Of a stretch of 64,000 nt of DNA, positions 49,570 through 64,000 are shown piece by piece. Source of the stretch: the human T2T-CHM13v2.0 reference genome, Homo sapiens. The notes below the pieces were generated by a model. The model did not search any database, was not told where the DNA came from, and saw nothing but the letters and a program-made list of their open reading frames with translations. Where the stretch lies: the NCBI RefSeq assembly GCF_009914755.1, contig NC_060934.1; one strand, written 5' to 3'. A program made the position numbers and the translations under genes. Within the stretch, counting starts at the first letter, position 1. The number at the start of each line of letters is the position of its first letter.

Positions 49570-50215
49570 TAACAATGATCATGATAGCTAATTCTGACAT
49601 GCTACTTCATTTGTATCAACCCATTGAGTCCTGGCAATTACTGCTGGACAAGGCAGACAGAATTATTATACTGTCTTTCTACAAAAAAAAAAAAAAAGAA
49701 AGAAAAAAAAACTTTGAAGTACAAGGAGGCTGAATGAAGAAGTTGCTCAGTGTTCCACAGCAAGTAAATTCCGGGGCTGGAATTTGAACCCAAGCAATCT
49801 GGCTGCAGAGTCCAAGATGCTGTCTTGGCAGATAGGAAACCTGGATCTTTGTTCAAGTCCTGCCGTCAGTTGGTTCTTGGACATGTCACTGAACCTCACT
49901 GTCCTCATCAGTAAAATGAGAAAGGTGAACTAAATCAATGTTACAAGTTTAAATGTCTGGTGCCCACAGGGGCCAGATAGTTAAGGGAAAACTGGACTGA
50001 ATACAATGCAATAGGGAGTGGTGGGGATTTTACATCTTGTCTGAAGAAGGCAGCTTCTATCAGTTTCAACTGTTTTTTATTTTTATTTTTTGGCCTTTAT
50101 TTTATTTTATGAGAGAAGATTGAGGTCTGGGTATTTTTGCCTAAAGTTTCCCAAGTTTTAGAACACTTGGAAGGGCCCGCCATGCACATGGGCTGACTGG
50201 TTTGTGACTTCTTGA
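49570..50215. mobile_element. MIR fragments followed by a MER103C-like element
   Basis: ggaatttgaacccaagcaatctggctgcagagtcc; cctcatcagtaaaatgag; aatgcaatagggagtggtgggga. Confidence 0.55.
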
Positions 50216-51799
50216 CTGGATGAGCTCCTCTTGACTTAGAGGATTTATGATTAAATGAGCTGTTTTTGGACAATGGTAGAAACTAAATCCAAATTACAGA
50301 AATAGGCAGTTTAAAACAATGACGAAAGGGGATAAGGACTTAGAACGTGGCTCAACACAGCTTACATAAATATTGATTAAGAGCTGGGTTAATTGAAAAG
50401 CCAAGGTACATTAATAGAATAACAAAGTGTATTTCTTTGTGTTCCTTTTGTGTTGTATTAGAGTAAATCAGCAATATTTATCCAGTGCTAATTCTCAGTT
50501 TGCAGAGAGCTAATGTAATCATGAGATGAGCTTATTGAAATTCTTTTCTTAGACATAGAGACTTGCCCAAGAATGGTGAGTATTAGGAACTTTAGTCAGC
50601 ACTTGCTCAGAATAGTAAATGCGAACATGTGATTTATGCCATTGTGTGCACAAAGTAATGTTTCCTGAGACATTTTCTATATATATGTTGGCTAGTTTTT
50701 GTTTTCTTGTGGTGGGAGGGGGGTGTTGGCTTGCTGTTTCCCCCTCCTCTCCTTATCAGATTTCCTTCTATGGCATTTGACAATGTTGCAGGGCCAGTTT
50801 CTCTGTGAATCCACAGTAAAACATACTGGTGGTTTCACAATTAAGCCAAACTTGGGTTTATGGCTTATGCATGTTTATGTGAATTCCTGCATTTGTTTTT
50901 ATGTGTGTGTGTGTATTCATGAAAGATCTGTTTGAGAGAGGGAGAAAAAGGGAGGACAAAACCTATAGACTGAATCATAAAAGATGGGTTTATTCATTAA
51001 TGACATCATAAGGATAGTATTTTCTCTTGGTTAATATACTATTTGTTTGGAGGGTGTTGTAAGCCATCCAGAGATAGTCATGCCATTTCTTGGAAAAGAT
51101 CTGAAGCAACTAGTAATTGAAATGATAATCATTTGATCAGAGAGCTATTTGAAAATAACACTCATCTACAAACTTGTCTCTTCTGGGAAACTGTATTTAG
51201 TCAAAATGTTGCCAAATTCTCTCTTTACTAATGTTGAGACTGATACACCTAATTATTTTCCAGTACATTCTAAACTTGATTTCTGGTGTCACCTGTCCAG
51301 AAGCTGTTCCCATATGCTTTGAAACAATATCTAGCCTGACTTTATTCTGACATTTAATAATCACCATGAAATAGCTATAAAATGCATGACAACTACAGAT
51401 CTTTTATTTCAAGAGGATGGTGTGGTGAATCTGAGGGAAATCATCCGTTGAAATGGTACTTTGTAATGGGCCCCATTGTTTATAAAGTACTCAAATTTTT
51501 TCTTGAGCGCACGATAGAAACACAGTTTCCACTTTGTCTCCCATTTAGTGGTAGTTCATATTTAATCATGATAAGGGAAAGGATTCCATTACTAAAGTTT
51601 TACTTTTCATTTTTGATAGAGTATTTGTTACTCTGCTGCTGCCTAATAGACTTTCTTCTCAGAAGCAGCTTGGAACTCAATGAGGAAAATTGAAATTTTA
51701 GATCCTACCTTAAAACATCAGAAAAAAAAAAAACCCTCAACCCAGGGCTTCTTATTATGTGAAGCTTACCCTAATAACCTTTTTTTGTTCGAATTGGAG

Positions 51800-51801
<2 letters not shown>

Positions 51802-51839
<38 letters not shown>
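51802..51839 (+). repeat. (GT)n microsatellite
   Basis: Direct reading. Confidence 0.95.
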
Positions 51840-51840
<1 letters not shown>

Positions 51841-53017
51841 GGTGGGGCAGGGGGAGGAGGAAAAAGTCATGTTTGGGGAGGAGGAAAAAGTCATGTTTAA
51901 CAGCAAAATTAGCCAAAATCAGTTGTGAATTCCTTTTGTTTAATAGCTTTGAGACATCTTCCTGTTGTTGTTTGTCAAAAATATTTCTAAGATTTTGTAA
52001 TCTTAGGGGTTTTCACAGCCAAGCTTTCTTCAGAAATGTGAAATAAAAGAAATGAAAGAAGTCAGTTCAAGTTGAAATGTCAGATGCTTAAATAACTTAA
52101 CTTAAAACCCAGTGAGATGATCTTCTTGAGCCTTTTCCAAAGAATCTTTGGGTGAAGGGGCCTCCCTTTGTTCCATGTATGGATGTCTATTAAAGATCTT
52201 GCTGAATTAATTCTGAGTCAGAAAAGTTGGTTGTTTCCTAGAAGCAATTAGAGATGCTTAACATTCAAATTTATGATCCAGAGGAGAAACTTGCATTTCA
52301 ACTACTTTTCTTAAATTCAAAGACTTTTTCCTCACTCACCCTCTCACCCTCTACCCCATCTGTATTAAAAGAAAAAATCAGTTCATTTCTCAGCTTACAA
52401 AGTTTTTGAGAAACATGAGAATGTGTAAGTTTCTTTCAGTGGGAAGCACATAACATTTATGAAGTATTTCTTTTGGGATTACATCACAGTTTTATTTAAT
52501 TTTTAGGACAAAAGTTAAATTCAATATTTGTGTATAAGCCAAGGGAAAATGTACCATAAACATAGGAATTTGGGGGTGAGTCAGAGTTCCAAGAATCCTA
52601 GATTTACTTAGACCATTTATGTAGAGACAGGCTCACCATTAGTCATCTAGCTTTCACTTTTTACATTTGCAATTAATTACACCTAAAAACTAGCTTTCAC
52701 CCAAGTGGTCAGCTAGGTAGAGTGTGAACTTGGGCAACCAACATTAAAAATGGCTTATTAGAATTACTGTCCTATTTTTGGATACTTTCTAATTGTATAA
52801 CAAACATAAAAATTATTCCTTAACTAAACAACTAGCAGTGAAAAACCATTGAAATGAAGTGAGTTACTAAAGATTCTGTGTCACCAGAATGCACACAGTC
52901 TCCTTGCATTAGGTTAAACCACTCACATGGCATTTCAGATGGGCCTTGTGGAGAGTGGATCATTTCCCTCCAACCTATAAATAACGTTTTTTGTTCTTCC
53001 CCAACCACCTCTTGTAG

Positions 53018-53243
53018 GATGAAGTCATTGCTGTTTCCGAAAAGGTGATTGTGAAGCTTGAAGACCTGGTCAAGTGGGTACATTCTGATTTCTCCAAGTG
53101 GAGATGTGGCTTCCACGCTGGACCAGTGAAAACTGAGGCCTTGGGAAGGAATGGACAGAAGGAAGCTCTGCTGAAGTACAGGCAGTCAACCCTAAACAGT
53201 GGACTCAACTTCAAAGACGTTCTCAAGGAGAAGGCAGACCTGG
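53018..53243 (+). CDS. ARID5B: ARID5B coding exon 3 (DEVIAVSEKVIVKLEDLVKW...VLKEKADL-G)
   Basis: Pyrimidine tract plus TAG acceptor at 53015-53017; 226 nt continuing the exon 2 frame; TGG|GTAAAT donor (phase 1); recognised ARID5B sequence. Confidence 0.96.
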
Positions 53244-53758
53244 GTAAATATGACTTGTAATTTTAAATCTAATGTGTGGGCGTATATAGTAACTTTTCGG
53301 TTGTAGATTTTTCTGGAAACGCTATCATTTATATATAAATGTATTTCAAATTTCTTTAACCTCAAAGGGTCCTAAGAATATGGATGGAGAGATGACTGGA
53401 TGGGTAAGGGATGAGTGTTACCTGTTGGATCAAAGGACCTTTTATGTATGGACCCTTGTGCTGGGGTGATACAGTGGTTCTAAACAATTTTCAGTGTGAT
53501 GTCAAGGCATACAATTTAATTAGAGCACCTAAAATTGAATTAATGAAGAGTTTAAATACTTGCTATAAGTATGTAGTATGACATCTATTAACACCATGTC
53601 CCAATTTCATGTTTTACATTGAGTGGAAAACAAACTGAGGAAAAGGGATGAGTTCCTCAATGTGGAGCAAGAGAACAATGTCAAGCCAGGGGATCCACTG
53701 GTTGGCAACCAATGGCATAGGTTTGCTTGATCTTTTAGTGTTCAGTGGTACCATCAAC

Positions 53759-53762
53759 TATA

Positions 53763-53823
<61 letters not shown>
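53759..53823 (+). repeat. Compound (TA)n-(T)n repeat
   Basis: About 13 TA units followed by about 39 T. Confidence 0.95.
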
Positions 53824-53826
<3 letters not shown>

Positions 53827-53849
53827 TCCCTCTTCCACTGTAAGTTTAA

Positions 53850-54060
53850 AGGAGAACTTGGGCTTTGGAGTAGTTGTGCTGATTGGTGTTTACATACTAA
53901 CTCTGCTGCTTCTTAGCTGTATGGCCTTAGGCAAATAATTTAACTTCTAAGCCTCAGTTTCCCCATCTAAAAAATAGGGGAACTTTACAGGGTTATTGTG
54001 AGATGTGAGATAGAAGGGGTAGAGCACATTGACTGGCATAAAGGAGGGGCTTCATAATTA
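53850..54060 (+). mobile_element. MIR
   Basis: ggccttaggcaaataatttaacttctaagcctcagtttccccatct. Confidence 0.7.
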
Positions 54061-55279
54061 GTTCTATTGCTTTTTCTTAACACTTTCTTCTCCAGTGACA
54101 TTTTGTGTCCTTTCATTGCTTTTTTTTTTTCTTCTGTTTGTATTCCCGTGTCATTCACTGATTTATTCTCCTAGCATTGCCCAAGACGAAAATTGTTGTC
54201 CTCTGATTTAGACTAGTTATTTCCTCTTTAGGCAAAGAGGAACTGCACTTTAACATATTAAGGCATCTTTTTCTTTCATTTGCGCACAATGCTGATTTTT
54301 GCAGTCCTATTTTACGCCTTAATGTGACAACTTCCTGGTTTTTTTTTTTTTAAACCCAGAACTTAACTATTACAACAAACCTAGGCAATTTATTTTAATT
54401 GGCATAAAGAGACTGAATAACACCAGTAACTGACTGTGGCTTTCATGTGACCCTGGTTTGTGATGAGCTGTGCTGTGTTTTGGGAATAGCATTAATATTT
54501 TCTTGCAGTTTGAGTTTAACTATCAACGGTTTCCTGGCATCTTTTGGTTGATGTCAGACAGTAACATTTTAGATATGGCAGCCTGATTGTCACCTGCACA
54601 TTTAGAGACAATTATTAGACTAGTGGTTTTCCTTCTAAAGCCAAAGAGTTTTTTGATAATCTTCCTATATATACTGTTACACCCCCCAGTTTTGTGAACA
54701 CACAATAACTAGTCTTATGACTTGCGGTAATGCTGAATAATACATCTGTTGTGTTACTTTCCTAATGTATGATCTAAGTTGTATTACCATTGTCTTATGT
54801 TTTCCTTAACATTAAAACCTTTCTTTTGTTTGTTTAATTTTGTGTGTGTGTGTTATGGAATATACTGTTACTAATAAAAAATTAAACAGGAAACCCACAG
54901 GGGACAAAAGGATGTGTAGATGGTTAAGCTTGATGTCACACATATAAACAAGAGTATTTATAGCAAGGTTTATGTTTAAAATTGTGTTTAAAATGGATAA
55001 TTTATTAATGAACAGGAAAATAAGTCTAATTTCTTAATTCCACCCAAAGAAATAAAAGGTTGATCCTCTTGGATTCTAAAAAAAAAGAAGGTCCATATTC
55101 TACCTTTTTGCAGTTGATTCCAGAAGAAATTGGTTTATAGTGAATATTCACAGTACTTGCAGGTGGTTTGGCCTGGAAAATCTAGATGAGTGGTTTTTAA
55201 ATTTAGTTGCTTATTAGACTCAAGAAAGAAATTTAAAAAACAATACTGATTACTGAGACCAGCTTTTCTAGATTCTTCA

Positions 55280-55644
<365 letters not shown>

Positions 55645-58084
55645 GGTTATTAGGTTGAGTCTGATTTTGTTTGTTTGTTTTGGTCTCATTTTGGAGACAG
55701 CTTTATGATTAGTGCTGAAGAAGGGAAAATGATCAACAGGAGAGTTGATTGGGAGGCTCTCTCCTGGGGCACAAGAAACACCATGTACTTAAAAAATTTT
55801 TAATGTAAAATACCCCTTTAAGGATAGAATTTAGGGCCTTGAAATTCTACTCAGTTGCTATGAACTGTGGGGAATTTGAGACAAATAGCTTTTGTAATTG
55901 GAATGCACACTGTGTTGTAATAATGTGGAAAGAGAAACAAAAACTTTCCTTAATGTAATGAGTTTCCATTATCTGCCTAATCTAAGGTTTGTAAGTCTAC
56001 ATTGTCAGGATTTATATTGAGGAGATAGGGGGTGTCATTTTCTGTACACATTCCTGTCCCCACAACTTTCTCTTCAGCCTCTTCTATAACATCAAAATAT
56101 TTGTTGTCTGTACTTTTCTTTCTCCGCAGTGGTTTTCTTATCTCCTTTTCTGTTGGTCACACTGAAACCACCTCCAATACCACATTGTTAATGGAAATTC
56201 ACACACTTATTAGGTTTTTCCTTCTGTAGAACCCTTCCAACTCCTCATTGTTCTTACCAAAGAAAGAAGATGAACTGTGAGATTATTTGAGGCCCCCCCC
56301 CCTTTTTTTCTGGTGGAAGTAAGCAAAGAACGGAAAGATCTCACCTTTCTATGGATAAAGTAAAACTCCAACATGTTATCGTTTTTTAACTGAGTTATTT
56401 CATAATGTTGAAACATGAATAATAACAAAATAATTAGATTGGTTCTTAGAGAAGGGATTTTAAAATATAAAAGCTCATTAAAGCACTTTTCTTGCTTAGT
56501 GTTTAGGTAGAATAAGTTCGCTTTAATTCCAGTTTGTGTCACTTCCTGTCTCTCTCTGAATAGTAAAAAAAAAAAACAAGAATGTTCTCACAAATGTGTG
56601 TCTGCCAACAAATTAATACTCCACAAAGAGAAACTCTGCCCCACATGGCAGCTTCCAATAAATGCTCTGATTCAAATCACAACTCTTTCATTTTTTTTTT
56701 ATCCCCTTCCCCCTTGAGGGAGCACATTTAGACAATATTTGAGGATGTCATCTTTCTGCTTTTTAAAACTCTCTAGAGTTTTCATTTAAGACTCTTAATG
56801 GTTGATGACTAAAACTACAGATCTGGATAGTGGAAAAACTAATAATCTTAAAAAACACTTCTGAAATGTGGTAAAGTGCATTCATTCTCTTCCCTCCTCT
56901 TTGTCCTTTTCAAAGAAAGAAAGTTCAATATGAAACCAATGCAAATTATGACTTTACTCAGTGAGATATTTTACCTTCTTTCAGACTGTTTCATACTGAA
57001 GTTTATAAAAAAAAAAGAAAAATAACTATGTTAAAATAGGAGGGTTAAGGAATGTATTATTCATAAGCATAATGAACACAAGAACCTGTTTTTCCAGAAG
57101 AATTGGGTTGATTAAATCATTCACCACACAAGCCTCTAGTTATTTATTTTTGTCTTTAGAATTACAGTACTTAGCTTTTATAATAAAGTGGACTTGATAC
57201 CCATATTTGGTATGGCAGTTGAAAGTAGTCAAATGAAGAATTATTTCATTTTACAAAATTTTTAGTAAGTAAGGAATATAAACACTATCAGTTAAACATA
57301 GCAAACTTGCATTTTTTTATTCCTTGGGCTATAGTTTGAAAAAAAAATCAAATTATTTTATGTAACACTGATTCTTACAGAGTTCCTTTAAGCGAAGTAT
57401 GAAAGCTGCAGTGTAAGCTTTATTGGCCTATAAATATGTCATTATAGTTGGACTACATTTATATGCTTTGGATTGTTGTTTAAGCCAAGAAAATATGTCT
57501 CTACAGGTTGACTTTTTATTGAAGCCCTTTGAGGCATACAACAGAATGTATTTTAGGCCAAGGTTATTAAAACAGCATTTTCATTTTTTTGCAGCAGACT
57601 CATTGTCAATTATGCTGCCACAAACTGTCTGTGGATGGGCAGTTATGAATGGTTTCATCTCCAAATGTGTCTTTAGAAAAAGAAAGAAAAGATAGAGGAG
57701 TCTGAGCTGAAACTGAGAAAAAAGACCCAAAGATTATGTGTGGGGGTCTGGCTGAATTTAATGATGGGGGTTCCCTCAGTTCAATTTCTGTTTCTAAATC
57801 TGTCCCATCAAATTGAGAAAGAGTAGCTTCCCCCTTTCTTCTGTTGCTGGGACTTTCACTGTACTTTTTGGGAGTCAACAGCATGGTGGGGTTAAAAGAG
57901 CAGAGGGTGGGCTGTCAGGAGAATCTTGGCTCTACATGTAGATCTGTCACCACTGGAAAAGTCACTGGAAGACACTGTATGATTTTTTACCTGAGTGCTC
58001 TCATGAATTTATTAGGATTTGAAGACATGCCTCTTATTGGAACAATCCTTCCTTCCTTTCTAGACTTAAATTTTATGTGTATAT

Positions 58085-58314
58085 ATTTTTTGTTTTTTAT
58101 TTTTTTCAGTGAAGAGAAATAACTTTTATTAATGAGAGCAATGAATTCTTAATTCTCAGCCACAAAAAAAGATAAAATACAATGAGATTTTCAAATGTAA
58201 AATAAAATATCTGTACTCACTTCATTGCTGCAGAGATAAAGTGAAATATTATTATACAGCTCTAAGGTGACATGAAAAGAACACAACTGTTCAACCAAAT
58301 GGCTCAAAGTAGGT
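58085..58314 (-). pseudogene. Orphan retroposed 3'-end fragment (processed-mRNA remnant or L1 3' transduction)
   Basis: Antisense poly(A) 58086-58106, AATAAA (tttatt 58125-58130) 18 nt from the tail, exact 19-bp TSD at 58066-58084 and 58315-58333. Confidence 0.75.
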
Positions 58315-59463
58315 TTAAATTTTATGTGTATATTAAAGAGTCTTTGGAAGGTATTTGTTGTTTATATTTTACTTTGGATTGCTGGTTTCACTCTGCCATT
58401 TTCCATAACACTGCAACTTGAGAAGTTTCTTAAATGATATATTGTTTATACATTCAGCTTTGTTTTGTCTAAAATGGGCAATAATATGTACCTGGCTGTT
58501 TCTCATTGGATTTTTGAGAAGACCACCTGAGAACAAATTAGTTAATATCTATGGAAACATTTGTGATACTGAAGTCTAAAGTGGTATTATTAGTACATTA
58601 TTATTATCAGAAGCAGGTTCTGTATGATAGGGAGCCATGTGGTACAAGGTTAGCTTATTTGTCCCTTTTGAATTTCCCTAATCACACACACATTCTAGTA
58701 ATTTAGAACAGGGTTTACTCTCATTACTGTCTCCCTCGATAGAAAACTATTATAAAAGTCCTTTAGGTTTTTGCTTGTTTATATGTATATATATAAATAC
58801 ATATTATATATGACTATTATTTTAATATATATTTATTTCAAATAATAAATGTATGTAATATATACCATATAACATAAACATTTTATATATTTATATATTA
58901 ATATATATTTATATTTTATAAACTTTTATCCTCCTGAAAATTCTGTCAAAATAAACTGAGCCATAAGTGGCCAGTTGTATAGGATATCTCAAATACTCTT
59001 GGTTAAAAATTAGCTGTAGTTTTTGCTTGGAGATTCTGGAGGCCTCGTATTGCAAATGGTTGTTTCAGATCACTTTTGAGTTTGATATGTCAGGCAGCTT
59101 CCTGAGATGTGGACATGGGAAGGATTCTCACTTTTTGTTGAAGAAAACAATATAAATGTCTGTAAGAAGCATGCTAAATGCAGACATCTTGTCATAGAGA
59201 CTTTTCACTGCTAATGAATTTACTAGGATTGGAAGACATCCTTCTTACTGGGACAATCCTTCCTTCCTTTCTAGATTTAAATTTTGTATGTATATTAAAG
59301 AGTCTTTTGAAGGTATTTGTTGCTTGGATTGCTGGCCTAAGTCTACTATTTTTCTTAACACTGCAACTTGAGAAGTTTCTTAAATAATATATTGTTGCAC
59401 TATACTATTCATGAATATCATGAAGAATCATTACAGAGCAACCTTCTAACTAAAACGAATTTG

Positions 59464-59761
59464 GGCCAGGCGCAGTGGCTCACACCTGTAATCCCAAAAC
59501 TTTGGGAGGCCAAGGCGGGTGGATCACAAGGTCAGGAGTTCAAGATCAGCCTGGACAACATAGTGAAGCCCCATCTCTACTAAAAATATAAAAATTATCC
59601 GGGCATGGTGGCATGCGCCTGTAGTCCGAGCTACTCAGGAGGCTGAGGCAGGAGAACTGCTTGAACCCAGGAGGAGGAGGTTGTAGTGAGCAGAGATCAC
59701 ATCACTGCACCCCAGCCTGGGCAACAGAGTGAGACTCTGTCTCAAAAAAAAATAATAATAA
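59464..59761 (+). mobile_element. AluS (Sg-like)
   Basis: Full dimer. Confidence 0.88.
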
Positions 59762-60006
59762 TTTGGCCTTTATAGTATCCTTAAGTTCAACATGGAAACT
59801 AATTACATACGAGACTTATCAAAGACTTGTAAAGATACTTTCCAAAGGATTTTCTCTCTGACAATATTGTTGTGTTAACCATGCATTCGTTAAAGAATTT
59901 TATCATAGCCCAATTAACATTGGAGGAGATACTCTCCAAGTACCCACATGACTCTTCAAGAGATTGCCTCATGCCGTTATAATGTGACAACCCAAAGGAC
60001 TTTTGA

Positions 60007-60378
<372 letters not shown>

Positions 60379-61188
60379 AGTATGTTTTCTAAGAAACTAG
60401 GAATACATATGGTTATAACACATAGGAATAAGATTATTCATTTCATTTGAAATTTAAATTTTGGCTTGACCATCTAATTAAATAGTTGAATATTGCCTTG
60501 TAATAGTGGTAGAATGAGTGAGTAAAAGTGGCTCAAATAAGTAATATTCATTTATGCTGTCTACACTCAGCCATCTTGGCTATTCCTGCTAGAAAAGAGG
60601 TCTTTGTGAAATCTGACCAAGTCTGAGCCAATCAACAGCTGGTCGTTGATAATGCTGCCCAGGTACTTGTACTGCCATCACTCATGAAGGCACAATCCAA
60701 GTTAAGACCCTTTCATTTGGAATTACTGTTGACCTGAGGATTTTCTAGTGTTTCCTGCAGCCACGAAAGCTTCTTAGAATTCCAGGTTCATTTCTTCTTC
60801 TGATGACGGACTGAAGATGGACCATCAGCTGAAAAGAAGTTTGTAGAATTTTGGAATTTATTCCTACTTTTCCATTTGGAGATGTCAGGGCAGAAGTAGA
60901 AAAAAAGTGAAATTGGAACTTTCTGTGCTATTTTTAGTATCCAGGCTACCAGTATTTACCTCTAGGATACAATGTATGCAAAAGGAGTAATGGAGTACAA
61001 GAATCTGCATCATGCTTTTCTGAAACTCTTTATAGAATTGTCAGGCTGGAAGGGGACTTCATGAACATTGTTTTCTCCTCTTTTTCCTTCTAACAGTCGT
61101 CAGGCCTCTCTTTTCAGTTCTTCCCTAAGATGTGCTTTCAGAATCCCTCACCATCACGGTTACTTATCTTAGGATACACTTTAGGTAA

Positions 61189-61480
61189 TTTTTTTTTTTT
61201 TTTTTTTTTTTTTTTTGAGATGGAGTTTTGCTCTGTCACCAGGCTGGATTCGGATCCCTGCAACCTCTGCCTCCTGGGTTCAAGCAATTTCCCTGCCTCA
61301 GCCTCCCGAGTAGCTGGGACTACAGGTGCGCGCCACCACATCCGGCTAATTTTTTTGTATTTTAGTAGAGACGGGGCTTCATCGTGTTGGCCAGGATGGC
61401 CTCGATCTCCTGACCTCGTGATCTGCCCACCTTGGCCTACCAAAGTGCTGGGATTACAGGTGTGAGCCACCATGCCCAGC
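61189..61480 (-). mobile_element. AluSc with small internal deletion
   Basis: Long T tail; TSD-like t(t/g)aggt(a/g)atttt flanks. Confidence 0.85.
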
Positions 61481-62082
61481 TGAGGTGATTTTTTTATACC
61501 ATTTAACTCATTTATATTGCAGGAGCTCATTTTTACTAAGAATCCTAGAGCCAGAATAGGAGTAGATTCTAGAGAAAGGCCCCAGTGATCCATTACGCAT
61601 GGCCAGAACTCTAAGGAGCTGGCTTGGCATCCTCCAGATACAACATGACATTAGCAAAACTACTGGACTCTTCTCTAGAGCTGTATGGCCTTGGCCTTTT
61701 TATAAGTAAGAGCAAAAAGGGGGAAAATATTCTGCCACTACACTCCCTGAAGTTTAGGTACCTATTTTTTTGTTTGTTTTTATACACAGTAATATTAAGT
61801 GTAGACTAGTATCTAATGAACATCGTTGTTAATATGGCAGCTACTGTGGCTCAATATCAATGTTGTGCCTTTTGAGCTTCTGTAGTTCCTGTAGTTTTTT
61901 ACTCTAGCATTTAGGATAGGGCTTGCCCAAACTGATTTTTGCCTCAGTAACGGTCTACAGTTGAAGACCAGCTTGGTGTCTGAGAGTCTGTTTAAGCTAT
62001 TCCAACCAAATAATATAAAAACTGCAAGTCTTTCCTAAATTTTCATATGTGATAGTTTAATCATGTTGTTCTCTTGGACTTA

Positions 62083-62520
<438 letters not shown>

Positions 62521-62815
62521 TTAGCTTCATTAATTTGAAATGTTAATTTCCCAAAGAACTGTCTGTAGAGATTGCCATCTGATGAGAAGATAATCAAAAG
62601 ATGAAAGAATAAATTCATTTATGGTCCTATTCCTTGCTATGCCTTTAGTTTCTTGCTGTGTACCTTGGATTGACTGGAACAAGTCTTATGCGGCCTTGGC
62701 TTCATACAAGCTCATAAATTTTCATTATCACTGATAGATTGCCAAACTTAGACCAGTAATTCTGTTTGCATTTGGTGATAAAAGTGGGTCTATTGTGAAG
62801 GACAAACCCAACTGA

Positions 62816-63122
<307 letters not shown>

Positions 63123-63199
63123 GGACCATCATGGTCTTTTAAATATCTTTTGAGAATGCAGCACTGACTCTGTACCTCAGATGTGCTTTTAAAGTGAGG

Positions 63200-63536
63200 T
63201 CTGTCTGGGCACAGTGGCTCACGCCTATAACCCCAACACTCCGGAAGGCCGAGGTGGGAGGATTGCTTGAGGCCAGGAGTTCAAGAGGAACCTGGGCAAC
63301 ATAGTGAGACCTGTCTCTGCAAAAAAATTTTAAAAATTAGCTGAGTTTGGTGACGCCCAACTGTAGCCCCAGCTACTCAGGAGGCTGAGGCAGGACAATC
63401 ACTTATGCCCAGGAATTCAAGGTTGCAGTGAGCTAAGATGATACCACTACACTCCAGCCTGGGCAACCCACACTGCATTCCAGCCTGGCCAACACAGTGA
63501 GACCCTGTCTCCAAAAATAAATAAATAAAATAAAAA
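63200..63536 (+). mobile_element. AluJ with internal tandem duplication near its 3' end
   Basis: ggaggattgcttgaggccagg; repeated tccagcctgg(g/c)caac. Confidence 0.82.
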
Positions 63537-64000
63537 TGAGGCTTGATTCAGCAGTTCCCCTTTCAGTTGGAGGTGCATGATGCTTTTATTTTGTCATAAC
63601 TCTAAAATGTTTTTGTTTGCCTTCTACCTCTCACCTCATTAGCCACTGTATGATTACTGACAGTGAGCCATTATTACAGCTGCTATCATGATAGCATCAC
63701 CTTGGAACACAAAGCAGATATATCCTACATGTGAATTGATGTGGTTTTTCCAGTGGGTTCTGTGAGCAGGTATCTGATTTGTGCATTTACTCTTAATACT
63801 CGGTGGTATTGACACTGATTCTTTTGAACAGTTTGTTTAATCTGTTAGAGTACTTTTAAGTCTGAAGTTCTGTTGCAACACATTAACTTTCCTAAATGTC
63901 AGATTCACTCCTCTCCTGTAACATTATGTGTTTAAGTCTGTAGTTTATGCAGGTCACTGCAGAGGAAAGCTGAGGTTTGGACTTTTAGCTTATTTTAATA

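Noticed and set aside
58780-58925. AT-rich quasi-palindromic stretch
   Set aside because: Ordinary low-complexity (TA)-rich DNA with no long perfect arms.

Overview
Human (primate) genomic DNA covering the 5' end of ARID5B (AT-rich interaction domain 5B, MRF2/DESRT) on the + strand. It holds about 14.5 kb of upstream sequence, coding exon 1 (14566-14586, MEPNSLQ), exon 2 (15014-15268), a 37.7 kb intron 2 that opens with a CpG island, exon 3 (53018-53243) and the first 10.8 kb of intron 3. The three exons splice in frame to the first 167 codons of ARID5B, including a BAH-like domain. The rest is non-coding and rich in repeats: over 25 Alus, MIR/L2/L1M, LTRs, hAT and Tigger DNA transposons, and a MADE1 hairpin. 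Repeat family names come from recalled consensus sequences and need RepeatMasker/Dfam confirmation. I found no evidence of a new multi-gene system. The best leads are: (1) an orphan polyadenylated retro-insertion with a 19-bp target-site duplication inside an older local duplication that preserves the empty site (58003-59395); (2) a split AmnSINE1-like element upstream of the promoter; (3) a cluster of three uORFs, two overlapping the ARID5B start; (4) a tandem GTGGTA donor at exon 2; (5) short paired duplications; and (6) a motif-dense enhancer candidate at 17460-17790.
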